DNA of 64,000 nucleotides from Oculina patagonica (Eukaryota): NCBI RefSeq assembly GCF_052425735.1, contig NC_135760.1, positions 5,890,001 to 5,954,000 of the forward strand, read 5' to 3'. Shown piece by piece: positions 48,476 to 61,940 of this stretch (position 1 is its first letter; each line of letters starts with the position of its first letter). The notes under the pieces were generated by a model. It saw only the letters and a program-made list of their open reading frames with translations, ran no database searches and was not told where the DNA came from. The position numbers and the translations under genes were made by a program.

Positions 48476-51274
48476 ACAGTACCCGCAATTAAAGAAAAAA
48501 TGGTTAATCCAGTAAATGGACACAGGATTTGTAGTTGTTGTTTGTAAGACGGAAATCTGTCAACCGCTAAAAAGCAGTTGTAACAGATAATAAAAGCATC
48601 AAGTAAACCTTGCAACTAAGAGTTAATTATATGACTTATTGTTCACTTGGGTTTGTGAATGGGAATTTTCCCCCCGCTAGTCACAGCCAGTCGAACATCT
48701 CACGTAGGGTGACATGCATATATGTTTGCCCGCCCTTGCCGCACGTGACATGTCTTCCCGCGCTTACAAAACGTTACATCTTTCGCGCACTTTTCACGTA
48801 ACTTATTCGTACGGCCGAAAAAGCTAAGAACATACCGTTAGTAGCGCCTTTTGGTCAAATAAGGCCAAACACCTTTCCCTATTTTTACCTCAAGCCTGTT
48901 CTCATTCTCTGAGTTATCAATAAAAGATTGAATTGTACGATGTTAAATTCTTACGAGTGATTAAGCTCAAAAGCAAAGAAAACGATAGTATAATGATGTC
49001 ACTGTCCTTCCAAGGAGACTGGATCGGAGTTACGTCATGAAAATAAAAGTTTTTTCAAAAGCCTCCGTTTTCGCCGTCCACAGTGGTACTGTAGCGCTCC
49101 GTTTTCAAATGTCTCCACTTTGATTTCTAGTTAATAAAACGATGAGCGTATTTGATCGCTGTAGTGTGGACGATCGGCGATAGGTGAAAACTCATCGACG
49201 AAAATGCGTGAACGGGGCCTTAGCTTTCAAATTCCAAGCACGGTCAATATCAAACTTCTCCTTACAATATCAGCTGCCTCGCCCACAGGCGTCCTCCTCC
49301 GTGATCGTTCACGGTTCGCTTGGCGTTGTGGGACTGATGTGCACGGTTCGCTTGGCGTTGTGGGACTGATGACACCATCAACCCTCACGCTCCCTGTTTT
49401 CCCGCCTTTACCGTCCGGCCGATGGGCACCTGGGGATGAGGCAGCAATATCAGTAGATGGGTGATGAGGATAAAGAAAGTGATCTGTTAGAGAACACTAT
49501 TTTGATGTACTACCAAAATCTCAGAAATGGCATCAAAAGAAATGTATTACATGTCAGTCTCGGTTCTGAGCATGGGGCTGGGACTAACAAAGTCATATTT
49601 GATCATTCTTAAAGGGACATTGTCACGTGGGCTTTTCTGCTTTTCAGTAAAAAAGTACCAAAATTGGCTAAGTACTCTCGCTCGTACACAAAATACGCCC
49701 AGAACATTACGATAAAGATATAAAGTAAATTGCTGTTGAAGGAAGTACGAAGCTGTTTTTAGTTTTTAGCTGTTTTTCCAGGTCACAAGGGCAGAACTTG
49801 AAAAAGTCAGCCTTTTTTTTCAAGTTGCAATCTCAAGTTCCTGATTGCATCACAATAAAAACAATAATAACTCTTGTTTATATCTTCAGTACACTGGCAT
49901 ATTTATTTATTTATTTTTTCAAAACTGGACCACTATTTATAGGTTTCTAGACGTCTTTAGCTAGGCTCTAGAAATTTTTAAGTGAAGCTCGTGACATTGC
50001 CCCTTTAAAGACTCTCTGTCAACCAGGATGCTTTGTGAGCATTTGTTATTATTTTGATTCTATCGCTGAAGAAATCGTAACGTTCGAAAATCCAAAAGAT
50101 TTATTGGGGTATTCGCAGGCCGTAAGCAGACCTTTGCCATAGACGAGGCAAGATCTTGCTAGTGGGTTCTGTGGGCATGCCCTCCAGAAAGTTTTTAAAT
50201 CTTGAAGCTACGAATCTTTTTCGAAGACATTTTTCATGAGGTATTTCTTGAGAAAAATCAATCTTGTTCAAGTGGGGATTATTTTTACACCAAAACAATT
50301 TTCGTTTTAATTTTGGGTAAAACTTTAGACGAGGCAAGTGCCTCGCCTTTCCTCTTGCTAGTTAAGGCCTTGATTTGGCGACCTAAAACAAAATATACCG
50401 GTAGAAACAGGTATAAAATGTTTGCTTTTGAGGTTATTTGGCTAAGAACTACTTTATTATTCTATATTCACCAGTCCAATACCGGTTACTGAGAATCATA
50501 AATATGAATCGAATTCTTGCTATCAGTTAGCGTATTATTTTCAGGAAATTTGCAAAACGATTTTAAAACAAATAAGCTCAATGAATAGCAACCGCAACAA
50601 CTTTAACAAGCCAGATTCTCGTTTTACCCTTGACTTGAAAAACCAAACAAAGAATAGGAACAATGTGTATTTGATTTTATTGCCCTAGGTGTTCAACTAA
50701 GTATATAACGTGTCCATGGCAACCAACCACATAAGCCAATCAAAATGAAGACAAAACCAAGGAAATCCAACACCTGCCTCAGATGTTAGCGTTCACTTTA
50801 AATAGCTTAAAAGCTTTAAGTATATAACAAAAAAGACTTTGTAGTTGGTAATCAGCTGATTAAAGCCTTTTTAAGGCATAAAAAGAGATTAGAACTGAAA
50901 AGCAAATACTATTCAGTTTGCAGTTTTTAAGATCAACTTCCTATATCACCAATCTGGAAGTAGCTTCTAATCAACCTCGATGACTCAAACTTTTTTTAAA
51001 AAAAATCTCAAATGTTAGTTTTTCCAATTATTATTGCCCTTTTGATTCTTCGCTGGTTTGACGAACTCATATTAAACTTACCTGTTGATTGACACTATAT
51101 AAATTTGTTTTGACACTCCTTAATTTTTTCACCTTGCCTTTTCAGCACCAGCGAAATTACTTATTTGTTTTGTATTTGCCCTTGAGATAGAACAGCTTTA
51201 ATTTAAACTGATAAAGGAGCTCTACCAATTTTAATTGCGCAAAACTGAACTCGGGTCCGTGACAAACTAGCAAT

Positions 51275-54200
51275 ATGAGGCTCGCGTTGTTTTTTGGAGT
51301 TTGCCTGGCTTTCGTTTTTGTAGTCGAGTCGTTCGTGGAGGATGAATTTGTCGAAGACGAGGAAGGAGAAGAAAATGAGTCGCGCCATCATTTGCGTAAG
51401 CTAAGTTGTCAGTTCAAACAATTTTATTAAAGGTTGTTTTAGAAGAAAATAAATCTGCTAGGTTTAAGATTTTTTTGTGCCAAATATAAAATTTTCCGAA
51501 CATGGTTAATTTTGTAAGGTATGATGATTTTTATTAGAAAAACTCCACTTAAGTAAATGAATGACTATAAAAAAAAACCTCAAATGACCATTTTACTTAT
51601 TAATTTATCTGTTGCATTGCTTCATCTTCAAACCACACATCGACAATGTGGATTGAAATTGCTTTTTAAATTTGAGCTGCAAACGACCGGGAATCGGTTC
51701 ACATGATATCTTTCGTAGTTATCAGTTAACATTGTTTGAAAAGTTGTAACTTTAAAAACCGTCGTTAAATAAAACTTTTACCCCACGACAAGAAGAAATC
51801 AAAAGCTCTTGAACTCGGCACCGTTTTTTTTGTTGTTGTTGCTCTTATGTATTATCGAAAGTCATGCAGTTCTAACGGAGGCCTTTATTTCAAAATGTGT
51901 CTTATTAGTTTGCCAAAATTTATTCTTTCCAAACAATGACGCGTCATGAAATAATTTAAGATCGCGAAAACCTGCCTTAATATAAAGGAACTACGTCACG
52001 GGGATTTTGGAGATTTTTGGTCTAAACTGTTCTGAAATCAGTGGTAGACAACTTAACCCCTTGAAAAAATTATCTTTGAACTTCTAAAAAAAGATATAAC
52101 CTTAATTTGCTACGGCTAAAATATCGATTTTTTGAAGATGTGTGAAAATAGGCTTGAAAAGTTATCCTTAATTTTACAAGTTGCATGCAATCCATTTCCA
52201 TCGAGCCATCCGCAGCCAAAGACGCTTGTTAACAGAATAAGTTCTCTAACATAGCAATTTTTAATGAAAATAGACCATTATTTTTAGGTTTCCTACAACT
52301 ACAAATGTAAATTTTAGCTGTTCAAATATCTATCCCTTAATTGGACACTTTTTAATTTCGTGTTTTTTCAGTGCAAGGAAGATGAAGACTGTAAGGTTGG
52401 AGAATGTTGCAGGACTTATCGACACTGGTTTTGGTACAGATCCAGATGCTTTGCTCAGAGAAAAGAGAACGAAAGATGCGTTGAGAAGACCGTGAGTGTG
52501 TAAACCTTCCTTTTTCTAGCTGTTAACCTTTAACTCCCAGTAGCACTAAAAGTCAATCTCATCACATCAACTTGAAAACTAAATTGAAAAGCAAACATCG
52601 CCAGATGAAAGTACTACAGACTGTACTTCATAGCCAGGCTTCATGTGAATGGTTACGCACTATGGTTTTATCCATACACTGACTCCAAAGCTACAAACAA
52701 CTACCTTGTACATTTTAACAGCGCCAAATGAAAATACTGAACATCTTCTATTTGAATGGTCACACGCTAAGGTGTCTTAATTTAAACTTTAAGTCTTGAC
52801 AGAATGTCAAAGTTTCACGTGAATAAGCGCTTCTAATTATGAACGACGAAAACTGGCGTTTTGACTCATCTGTTAGATGACCTTTGATTCGTTCTCCATT
52901 CTACTTATTTTCGTCGATATACCCATAAGCTTTTTATTTGCGGTCTTACTGATTTCATAACATACTTTATATAAACTGCAGTGGTATAGTGGGTGGTAAC
53001 AAATCGAGAAAAATGGTATCACACATGTGTGGATAAAAATGGTATCCACACATACCGTAGAATTCCGGTTATAAGCCCTGGGCTTATACAACATCGTAAG
53101 GGGTTTTGGGTGGGCTCATAAGCGGAGGGGCTTATATCCGGGAGGGCTTATAAGCGGAATGAAAAAAATCGTTTCGAAAAGAGCCACGGGAGTGTTGATC
53201 GAAATACGTTTTTAAGTTAGAAACGCACAATAAAGCAACATTTAGCCCTGTTCAGTACTGTCATCCGGTAGAGGGGGGCTTATAACCGGGGGGGCTTTTA
53301 ATCGGATGTATTTTTTTGTTTCCGGGTAGATGGGCCTATAACCGGGGGGGCTTATAAGCGGGGGGGCTTATAACCGGAATTTTACGGTATGTGATATCAT
53401 TTTTGACCAATCAGATCGCAGAGTTTGCAGTGTTTCAATGCTCAATGAGCCAAATTTTATCGATATTAAGTCGAAACATCTTCGGATCTTCCTCGGCAAT
53501 CTTCGGTAATCTTCGGAAAACTTCGGAAATTTTTGGAAAAGTCCGGAAAATATTCGGAATTATTCGTACGACCTTCGACAACATTTTGAAAATCAAAAAC
53601 ATCGCAATTAGTACGTTTATATAATAAACAGAATAATACATGGTTGCTTGGATATATGAAATTTATCTCGTGTTCAAAACCGATATCTATCGATTTGAAC
53701 ACTCGAAGATAAATTTCATATCTCCACGCAGCCATGTATTATCCTCTATTTATTAAACATGCGGTATTGTCAGGTAATGTGATCATTCGTATCTAAGGTT
53801 TTCACAATTATCCAAAATTTCTTTTGGAATGATTATCTCAATTACTTCAATTTTGGAAACACAAAATAATAATTCCATAATATAATTATAGAATATAATT
53901 ACAGTTTGTAATCAACACTCGACCCGATTGAGAATTTCACGACTCTTCTAATGAAAGGAAACAATAATGATAAAAGCATAAAACAAAACAAAAAACGAAG
54001 ATCACATCTACCAACGTCATGTGTGTACTTCNNNNNNNNNNNNNNNNNNNNNNNNNNNNNNNNNNNNNNNNNNNNNNNNNNNNNNNNNNNNNNNNNNNNN
54101 NNNNNNNNNNNNNNNNNNNNNNNNNNNNNNNNNNNNNNNNNNNNNNNNNNNNNNNNNNNNNNNNNNNNNNNNNNNNNNNNNNNNNNNNNNNAAAAACGAT

Positions 54201-54499
54201 AAAATCTTAAAAATTGCAAAAAAATTGGATAGATATAAATTAAAAACTAAGAGAATGGGCGATTTAATAAAAGTTTTTAATTTAAAAGATTTTTTATTTT
54301 ATTACAGTCAAAATATACCTGCCATTTTGGTTGTGCTGATGGCCTCGAGTGTCGTAAATCAGGCCCACCGCGTCCTCCAGGCGGGAAGCCTCCTCACCCT
54401 CACCGTCCGCGCCATCCTCATCATCACCACCATGCTAAGTGCGTCCGCGCACCTCCACCGACCGAGGAGCCTGGGTCTGGGGATGTGGACGACTTCTAA
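51275..54499 (+). CDS. Cluster gene 7. Exons 51275-51400, 52372-52491, 54308-54499. The intron-1 donor reads CT instead of GT (possible null allele); intron 2 spans an assembly gap.
   Basis: MRLALFFGVCLAFVFVVESFVEDEFVEDEEGEENESRHHLRK|ctaagt; CKEDEDCKVGECCRTYRHWFWYRSRCFAQRKENERCVEKT|gtgagt; SKYTCHFGCADGLECRKSGPPRPPGGKPPHPHRPRHPHHHHHAKCVRAPPPTEEPGSGDVDDF*. AATAAA at about 54590. Confidence 0.75.
53055..53387. mobile_element. MITE with TA target site (Tc1/mariner-pogo-like) in the gene 7 intron
   Basis: TA-ccgtagaattccggttataagccc...gggcttataaccggaattttacgg-TA, with internal ggggcttata repeats. Confidence 0.8.
54032..54191. other. Assembly gap (160 N)
   Basis: Run of N. Confidence 1.
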
Positions 54500-55329
54500 T
54501 AAGGGAATTCACACATCGAATCTTGGGTTGTTTAGCAAATTATTGGTGATGGGATTTGCAAGTGGTACATAAACTGTCCACACTTGATCAATAAAAAATG
54601 TGTTAATTTAATGTCTGTGAGCCTTCTGTCTTTAAAACAAAAAAGATTGTGATTCTGAGGAAGTTTTTCCTTAGCCAATCACACAGGTTGGCATGATATT
54701 GCTGGCCTTCATCTCTTGCAACATTTTAGCGCTAATCTCTTTCTTCCATTGCATGCTAATATAAAAAGGACAGGTTCCCCAAGGTTGGGGGTATCCTTTT
54801 CGAGTCATGTCTAAGGTTGTCCGTTGTTTGCGCTTTGGTTATCCCACAGAATACACAGGGGAGGAATGCAGAACGCGATACAACACAATACACAAACGCG
54901 ATACACAAGCGCGAAGCGCGAGAGTGCGGTGACAGAAAATAAACATTTATTTTTTGTATCGAGCTGCGCGGTCTCCCTCGCTCCCTCGCACCAAATTCTC
55001 TGAACTAACGAGAATTGATATTTGGAGCTTGGGACTGAAAAGCTAGGTTACCGAGCCTATAATCTCTGATCATGCGCACTAAATTTTAAAGGCTGGGTTC
55101 ACTAGCGACATCAGCATAAGCACAAGCATAAGCATATAGGCAGTGAGGACAGCAGCGACATACGCATAAACACAAGCACTAGCACAAGAATAAAAACGAA
55201 CCCATTTGTGTTGTCCTCACTAGGAATCGCCATGTTCGTGCTTTCTTGTTTTTATGGTAACGACTCATTAGAGAGGGCCACAAATTTATTAGTTGTAAAA
55301 CTATTACGTGTAACCCTCTATAAATAAAG

Positions 55330-55331
<2 letters not shown>

Positions 55332-55363
<32 letters not shown>
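55332..55363. repeat. (TGAT)n microsatellite
   Basis: About 8 units. Confidence 0.9.
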
Positions 55364-56564
55364 ATGGTAATGATTTCTAGTGCTTATTCTTATGCATTCT
55401 CGTCCCCATAGCCCTTTCGTTCCTCTTAGCGGGCTTGGCCTTGGCACGAGAAAACGAAGGGCTTGGCTCTGGCGACACAGGATTTCCAGTCCTAGGTTCT
55501 AGGACTTCCGGTCTTCATTTATGCAGTCATGACGTTTCAAAAGAATGTATGAGAGAGTCGTTACGTTTTCGACTTCCGTTTAGGATTTCTTTGTTCCAAA
55601 CAGCCACTAAAAATATCGAATTAATTCAAAAACCCTATGTCCCAGAGCCCTTCGTTTTCTCGTGCCAAGCCAGCTAAGAGAAACAAGAGGGCTACGGGGA
55701 CGAGAATAATGCTTATGTCTCTTATGAAAACCAGCCTTTTTTTTTCATTTATTCTATCTGATACTTGCCCTTGGTCCAGTCCCTTCGAGCCCTGGAGACT
55801 TGGAGTAGAAAAGCGAAGAAAGGGGTCTAGGGACAAGACTAGAAGACTACTACGTTCTATCGTTGCTTCTTTTGCAATAAAGTACAAATCATGAAAACCA
55901 ATTTCCAATTCCTTCGCGAAAGTATTCAAATATTTCTATCGATTTTTTTTATCCTTTATCGTAGATTTTCAAATAAACTTTGAACTCAGACGTGTGTAAC
56001 AGCAGGGAAAAACATAAAGCTGGGGGAACAACATTTTTTTTTATTATCGCTGGCGTGGGTGAAAGTATCAAAACAAAAACCTTCAATTGCGATCAAAACT
56101 CGTTAACCAATCGAAACTTAAAACAAACTGTTTTAAGCTACATAACAATTAACTTTTGTGATGGATAAATCAGCTGATTAAATGCCTCTTTATAAAAACA
56201 TAAAAGAATTTATGGTATAAAAGAACTTAGAGCAAACTAAAGAATATTCCTATATCAACAGTGTGAAAATTTTCTTTCTCACAATTGCAGATCTATTTAA
56301 ACTGTTTTCAATTGCCCAAAATCCTTTTTTCATATTTCGCGATTGTCATTTTATAAGTTCACTGCTTTGATTACCTTAAAATAAAATATTTAATTTTGTT
56401 TTAATTACTTTTTACACAACACTGTCTTGAGCAAACGAAACCTTGGTTTGTTTACATTTTGTTTGCCCTTGTAAAAGAACGCTTTTATTTAAACATTGAT
56501 AAGGAGTCTTGCGGCGGTACGAAGTTAAACTCGATCCACATCTAGTTCGTGCAGTTCTTGCAAC

Positions 56565-58220
56565 ATGAGGTGCGCACTGCTGTTTGGACTTTGCTTGGCG
56601 TTTGTCTTGGTAGTGGAATCGTTTGGAAATCAAGAAAATGATGATCGTCATGGCCTGCGCAAGGTAAACTTTTCTGTAAGGAAAAATGGGAAAAAATTGC
56701 GATGATAAGTTATTTCTGTGAAGTAAAAATTGAAATGTGGAAGCTGTTAAAGAAGTTTTTAAATGTGAAAATGAATGGAAAAGCTTTCATTTGAGACAAA
56801 CAAAAATGGTTTTAATAAGGAATTAAATGGTGGTCTTGAGTTGATCTTTATAAAGGTGGAGCTCCGCTGTAACTGTATTTTATTTTTATTGCATAAAATT
56901 TATATTGGAGAAAGACGGTGAAAATCCAAGATTTTAATTTAATTTCTGATAGAAATCCTTTTTGATAGAAAATAAAAAAATATATTTTTTTGAAAAGGAA
57001 ACGTATTAACTTTAAATAAATACGAATTTTAAAAATCAGATATTTTCTCTCGTATTCTTCATCATAATGCTCTAAACATTTTACAGTTTGACTACTCCAA
57101 CCAAGGTCACCTGACAAATGCAAAATTTTGTGCAAATTGATAAATGAAAACCTCACACGTTAAATATAGATTTCCAACATATTAACAATCTGAGCAAGCT
57201 GCACACTACAGAAGCAATAAATTTAGGTCCTTTTTATCGCTTTAAGACCCTTTTAACACTCAAACACTAAAATAAATTTGCTTGGGTGGCCTTGGTTTGA
57301 GTAGTTGCACTGTAAGACTTTTAAGAATGTAACTTAAGCTTATGTTGATCTCCAAAACATTTCCAAATGAATCCGAAGATATCCCGAAGATTGCCGAAGG
57401 TCGATTTGTGAAGAATACTGGATGAACCCTTTATTATTTGTCTTGTAGTGCAAGAAAAAGTGCAAAGTCGGAGAATGCTGCAGGATATTCTGGTATTGGT
57501 ACGAGTGCTTTCTCCAGAGAGGACTGGGTCAACCCTGCCGCAGGAAGCCGCCGGCTGTAAGTGTTCACTACATCTTTTCCCGCCAAAATCCCGCCCGCAG
57601 TGGGTTTATATTTTTTCCTGCGGAATGACGCTTGTTTCTTTCTATAACTGTTTTGTAGACAGTTACTATCGGTGACTTCAATATCAAAATCCATTTGGTT
57701 GAGTAAAATTACCACAAAAGATGCTGATAGCTTTGCTATATTTTAAAGTGAGCACAATGTGACATTTTTTAATATTTATCCTAAATTCAAGTATGTATCA
57801 GAAATGTCCTCGATCACACCCTTTTCGTCTTTGAAGTAGAAAGTTAAAGACCCATGCATGTAATGATCTATCTATCTACTACTAGAGGTTTGGGTTCCAA
57901 AGTTAAAGTTAAGTTCTGACTTAAAACAAAATAGTGTGAACTTATGCAGAAGTTCATCGTTGGTGCTTCAATGCATTTTTGTTATAGTTTTTATTTTAGC
58001 TCTTTTGCAAAATAATGCACATTCGTCGATGACTAGAACACCTACATGTGTTGTTTTGTTACAGTTTCTCTGTCATCACGCTTGCAAAGATGGACTAGTG
58101 TGCAAGCGTTCCCGCCGACCTGGCCCCGGAAGACATCCTCATGATCGAAAGCGCGGCTTCAAGTGCGTGCGTCCTCCACCGCCAACACAGGAGCCTGGGT
58201 CTGGGGACTTCAACTTCTAG
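56565..58220 (+). CDS. Cluster gene 8, a compact 3-exon member with no repeat expansion. Exons 56565-56663, 57449-57556, 58065-58220.
   Basis: MRCALLFGLCLAFVLVVESFGNQENDDRHGLRK|gtaaac; CKKKCKVGECCRIFWYWYECFLQRGLGQPCRRKPPA|gtaagt; FLCHHACKDGLVCKRSRRPGPGRHPHDRKRGFKCVRPPPPTQEPGSGDFNF*. AATAAA at about 58238. Confidence 0.88.
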
Positions 58221-61200
58221 ATGTATAAAATGCACACAATAAAAGGTGTTTGATGTGAGCCTTACGTGTGTGTCGTGCTTAATTCAGCCTTAACTCTTTT
58301 GTTTCGTCAACAGTAAAAAAGTTCCAACTCTCGTAATATTCTCGATCGGTTTCTTGAAAATAACTTAAACAAACAGGTCTGTAAAGTTCAAAGGACCTTA
58401 TTCTCTATCAAACTTAATGGAGGAACTAATGTATAATCCGTTAGAAAACAAAATTGCGGTCTTTAATGATAATAACATTTGTTGTTACATTGCCCAACCT
58501 TCCATATAGCGCTATTAGATCAGCTGAATTACTTTCCATTAGAACAATGCCTCGATCAATTTTACGGTTGTCACTGAAAGAGATGATTCTTGTCAGCGTT
58601 GCTCTGCTCTTGCTTACTCAGTTGTTCTAATCTTGTTAAAATGAATTTTAAGGAACATAAATATATTTGCTGGATACAGTATTTTTCCTGATTAAGAAAA
58701 GGAATACTCAGTTTTATCTAAATGTTGAGACCCCAGTCCTGCTTTCGAAAGTTATAAAAAGACCTTCCAAAGTCGTCACTATTGTTCGTTATATACGGCA
58801 TGGGGAGCTTCCAATAATATATAACACGGTAAATATTTTACTAAAATTCAGCAAAACGTTTACCTTCAATGTCAACATCGTAGTTCCATGTAAATTGAAT
58901 AAGTTCAACCTTTTATCCAGTGATTTACATTTGCTTTAAAACAGATCGTAATTATTTCAAGAAGGCTCTTAAGCTTTTTCTTTTCAAAACAAAAGGATAT
59001 ATTTGCATCAGAATATAACTCATTTCTTAAACGAATCTCCTTGTTTGGGAAAATCACAATGACCGTTGTGACGTCATATATCCCGAACATTTCCAAGGAG
59101 TAAAACATCAGCGGCGACTCGGTCTTACATATTCACCGGGCATGTGGGATAACCTGGCCGCTGATTTTGCGAGTATATATTAAAAGCGCTGGGACAGATA
59201 TCTCAGCCGAAGACAGCTGTCAAGGAAAATGCAAATAAGATAATTAAAACAGCGCTACTTCCCCCCCCCCCCCCCCCAAAAAAAAAGAAGCCAGCCATAT
59301 ACAGACCAGCGAAAGGGACAAGCAAGAATTGAAGCGGAGAAGCAATTTTCTCATTCACTCTTAAGTTATATACCCATGGTCATTCAGTCGTAATTTCTCG
59401 TTCCCGTTTACTGACAAGAACTTCGATAACTGAGACTTTCATGAGGGACTTGATCAAAGTAGGAAACATTTAGGGGTATCAAATGGTCTTTGCGAGCATT
59501 TGCGAGCATGCGAGCAAAGCGTTTTTTTTTTCGAGAACGAGCATTAAAAAAATTTATCCTTCCGAGCAACAAGCACTTTTAAAAAACCCCCCCCCACTAA
59601 AAAAACGAGAAGGGGAGCAATTTTTAAAATATTCGATAAACAAAAAAAACACACCCCATAAAATTTTTCCCCCTTTTCCCCACTCTTAATTTTTTTTTAC
59701 AACCCTCCCCCCCACATTTGTTCCAGTAGCTCACTACCCTACGAGTAAACAATGGAACAAACAACAGGAACGTAATTAATTAACGATGCTCCTAGTCCCC
59801 AATACAATAGCAACTGCTACGTATACGCTAGAGTTTCACTAGAGTTGCACCGCTTACGAGGGCTGCTACATTTATTCACGCTAAGGGTGGCTAAACGAGC
59901 GCGAAAGACGTGTTAACTTAAAACCAACTCTTGCATAAAGAAGAAAATCACAAAGGAGAATTTAATTTTCGAAACAACCCAAAGAAAGCAAAAAAACGTA
60001 TTCTGTAAATACAGTCCTACGCATTGCTTCCTATGACGAAAGCTGGGCAGGACGTCGGGTTTTCCGTCCATGACAGGGCAATTATTTTTACGCCCACTTT
60101 GAAAAGTGGCGTTTTTACTGACTCTTTACTCTTAAGTTGATTTTAAGTGACAGTCAAAGAGAAATACTAAATACCACAGTTCATTTTCCCTTGATGTTAG
60201 CTATCGTTTTCGAAATTTTCAGTAAAACGTCGAACAAGCTGGCAGAGAGGGTCATATGATAATACTCTTAATAACCACCCACTAACCGATCAATAAAGGT
60301 TTTTATACTACCATACATGGTAGTATAAAAAACATGGTTTTCCGTCATTTTAAGCTTAAAATGTAAAACTGGAGGTAACAACGTTTTTAGCTTCTACTGT
60401 TTTCCTTTTTCTACAATTTAAATGAAGTCACGAGCTTTTGGAAATAAGCTGTTAAACTTCCTTGGGCATTTTTTATAACAATTGAAACCTAATAAAACTT
60501 TAGCAGTTGAATGAACAGAGAATTCTTGCAGGTATTTTCCGTGTTCCGTGTTCTTTTGACATGACGCCTCTTCATACGGTGATGACTTCTTGACTTAATT
60601 AACAGAACATGCTAACTTGATGCTGTTTTTACAACATATTAAAAAATAGCGAGCATCAGCTGACAGGAGACCGTGGGTTCTTGCACGTCTATCTATCCCT
60701 TTTCTCAGTTTCTTGTGACCCTACATCACCTAAAACAATATCATTTGAATAGAGCTAGAAATCGTTTCCTGCCGTCTTGAATTGAGTTTATTCTTCTATA
60801 ACTCTCCACCTTTTGTTCTAGATTTGTTTTGCTGCTTGAAAAAAAAGGTGAAAATGCTCGCAGGGTTTACATAACGTTGTAAATAATGACTTCTTTATAT
60901 GGCTTTTTTGCGGGGGATGGCGTAGTGAGGGAGTTTATTAGGTTTGTTGTCTAATATAACAAAAAAAGGAAAGTTGCGAAATAAGGGAAACGTATACCCT
61001 TCCTTAGAATTATGAACATGCCATTTTTTTTTATTTCTGGGCAATTAATCAGGGGGGGATTCAACCTTAAATCGGCTAAAAACACTACACTACGAATGTA
61101 AAAAAGTGTTTTCCTTATTGCACTTTTAATTTTTTTTTCTTCTTTTCAGACAAATTCAATATGAATTCAAAACTTGTTTAAATACATGAGAAATTTCAAG

Positions 61201-61940
61201 TAAACAATTTACATCGAACAAAGGAAGGCATAAAAAGAATTAGTAATAAAGGGTTAGAACGAAAAACCAACTTCACTACAAGCTTAAAACTTTGCACAAT
61301 CATTTATTCGATTCACATCTTAATGACAAGTCCACAAGAGGGCGAATTCTGTGTAATAAACGCTCCGAGTTGTAACGTCATCTTGTTTGCAAAGTCTTGA
61401 CAGAAGCTCACCAAGTGTATTCACTTGTCCAAACTCAGTGCTGAATTTCAATGCAGCCAATTTTTAACACGTCAAAAAACGTTTAAGGGAATAAAACAAA
61501 AATGGACGTGTCTATGGTTAATGGCGAGAACATTTGATTTTCAACACTTTTTGTAAGTGAACATTGTCAAAAACACATTACCAAAGTGCTTTTTCAAACT
61601 AAACTTCGTTTTTCAGCTGTTAAGCTGACATCAAACTAGTGCTTCTCTGGTTTCAGTAATTATCTATATGGCCACTTCTATTGTTACGTTTTGACTCAAA
61701 ACTCTTTGCAAGCGATCAAGCATTACCATCTTGGTTCTTTAAATTTTAAAACAGAAGTAAAAATTGCCGCTTCTCTGTTTTCAGTATTTCTATGTTCCTT
61801 TTTTTTTCTTAACTTACAGTTGCAGCTAGTTGTTATCCAATTAGGGATACAAAGTTTAAAGTCGCTTCTAATTGTTTTTTCCCCTAGTGGGATTGCGTTT
61901 GGGTTTTGATCTACTCCAAGATTTCTAAGATTCTTGATAT

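Noticed and set aside
54021-54572. 183-aa ORF across the gap
   Set aside because: Artefact of the Ns; the real exon (54308-54499) is in another frame
1286-58220. Assignment to coral SCRiPs or to true Dickkopf or prokineticin orthologues with a gene symbol
   Set aside because: SCRiPs have an 8-Cys framework with a terminal Cys triplet, which is absent here. There is no AVIT N-terminus and no Dkk two-domain layout. Orthology cannot be settled without a search.
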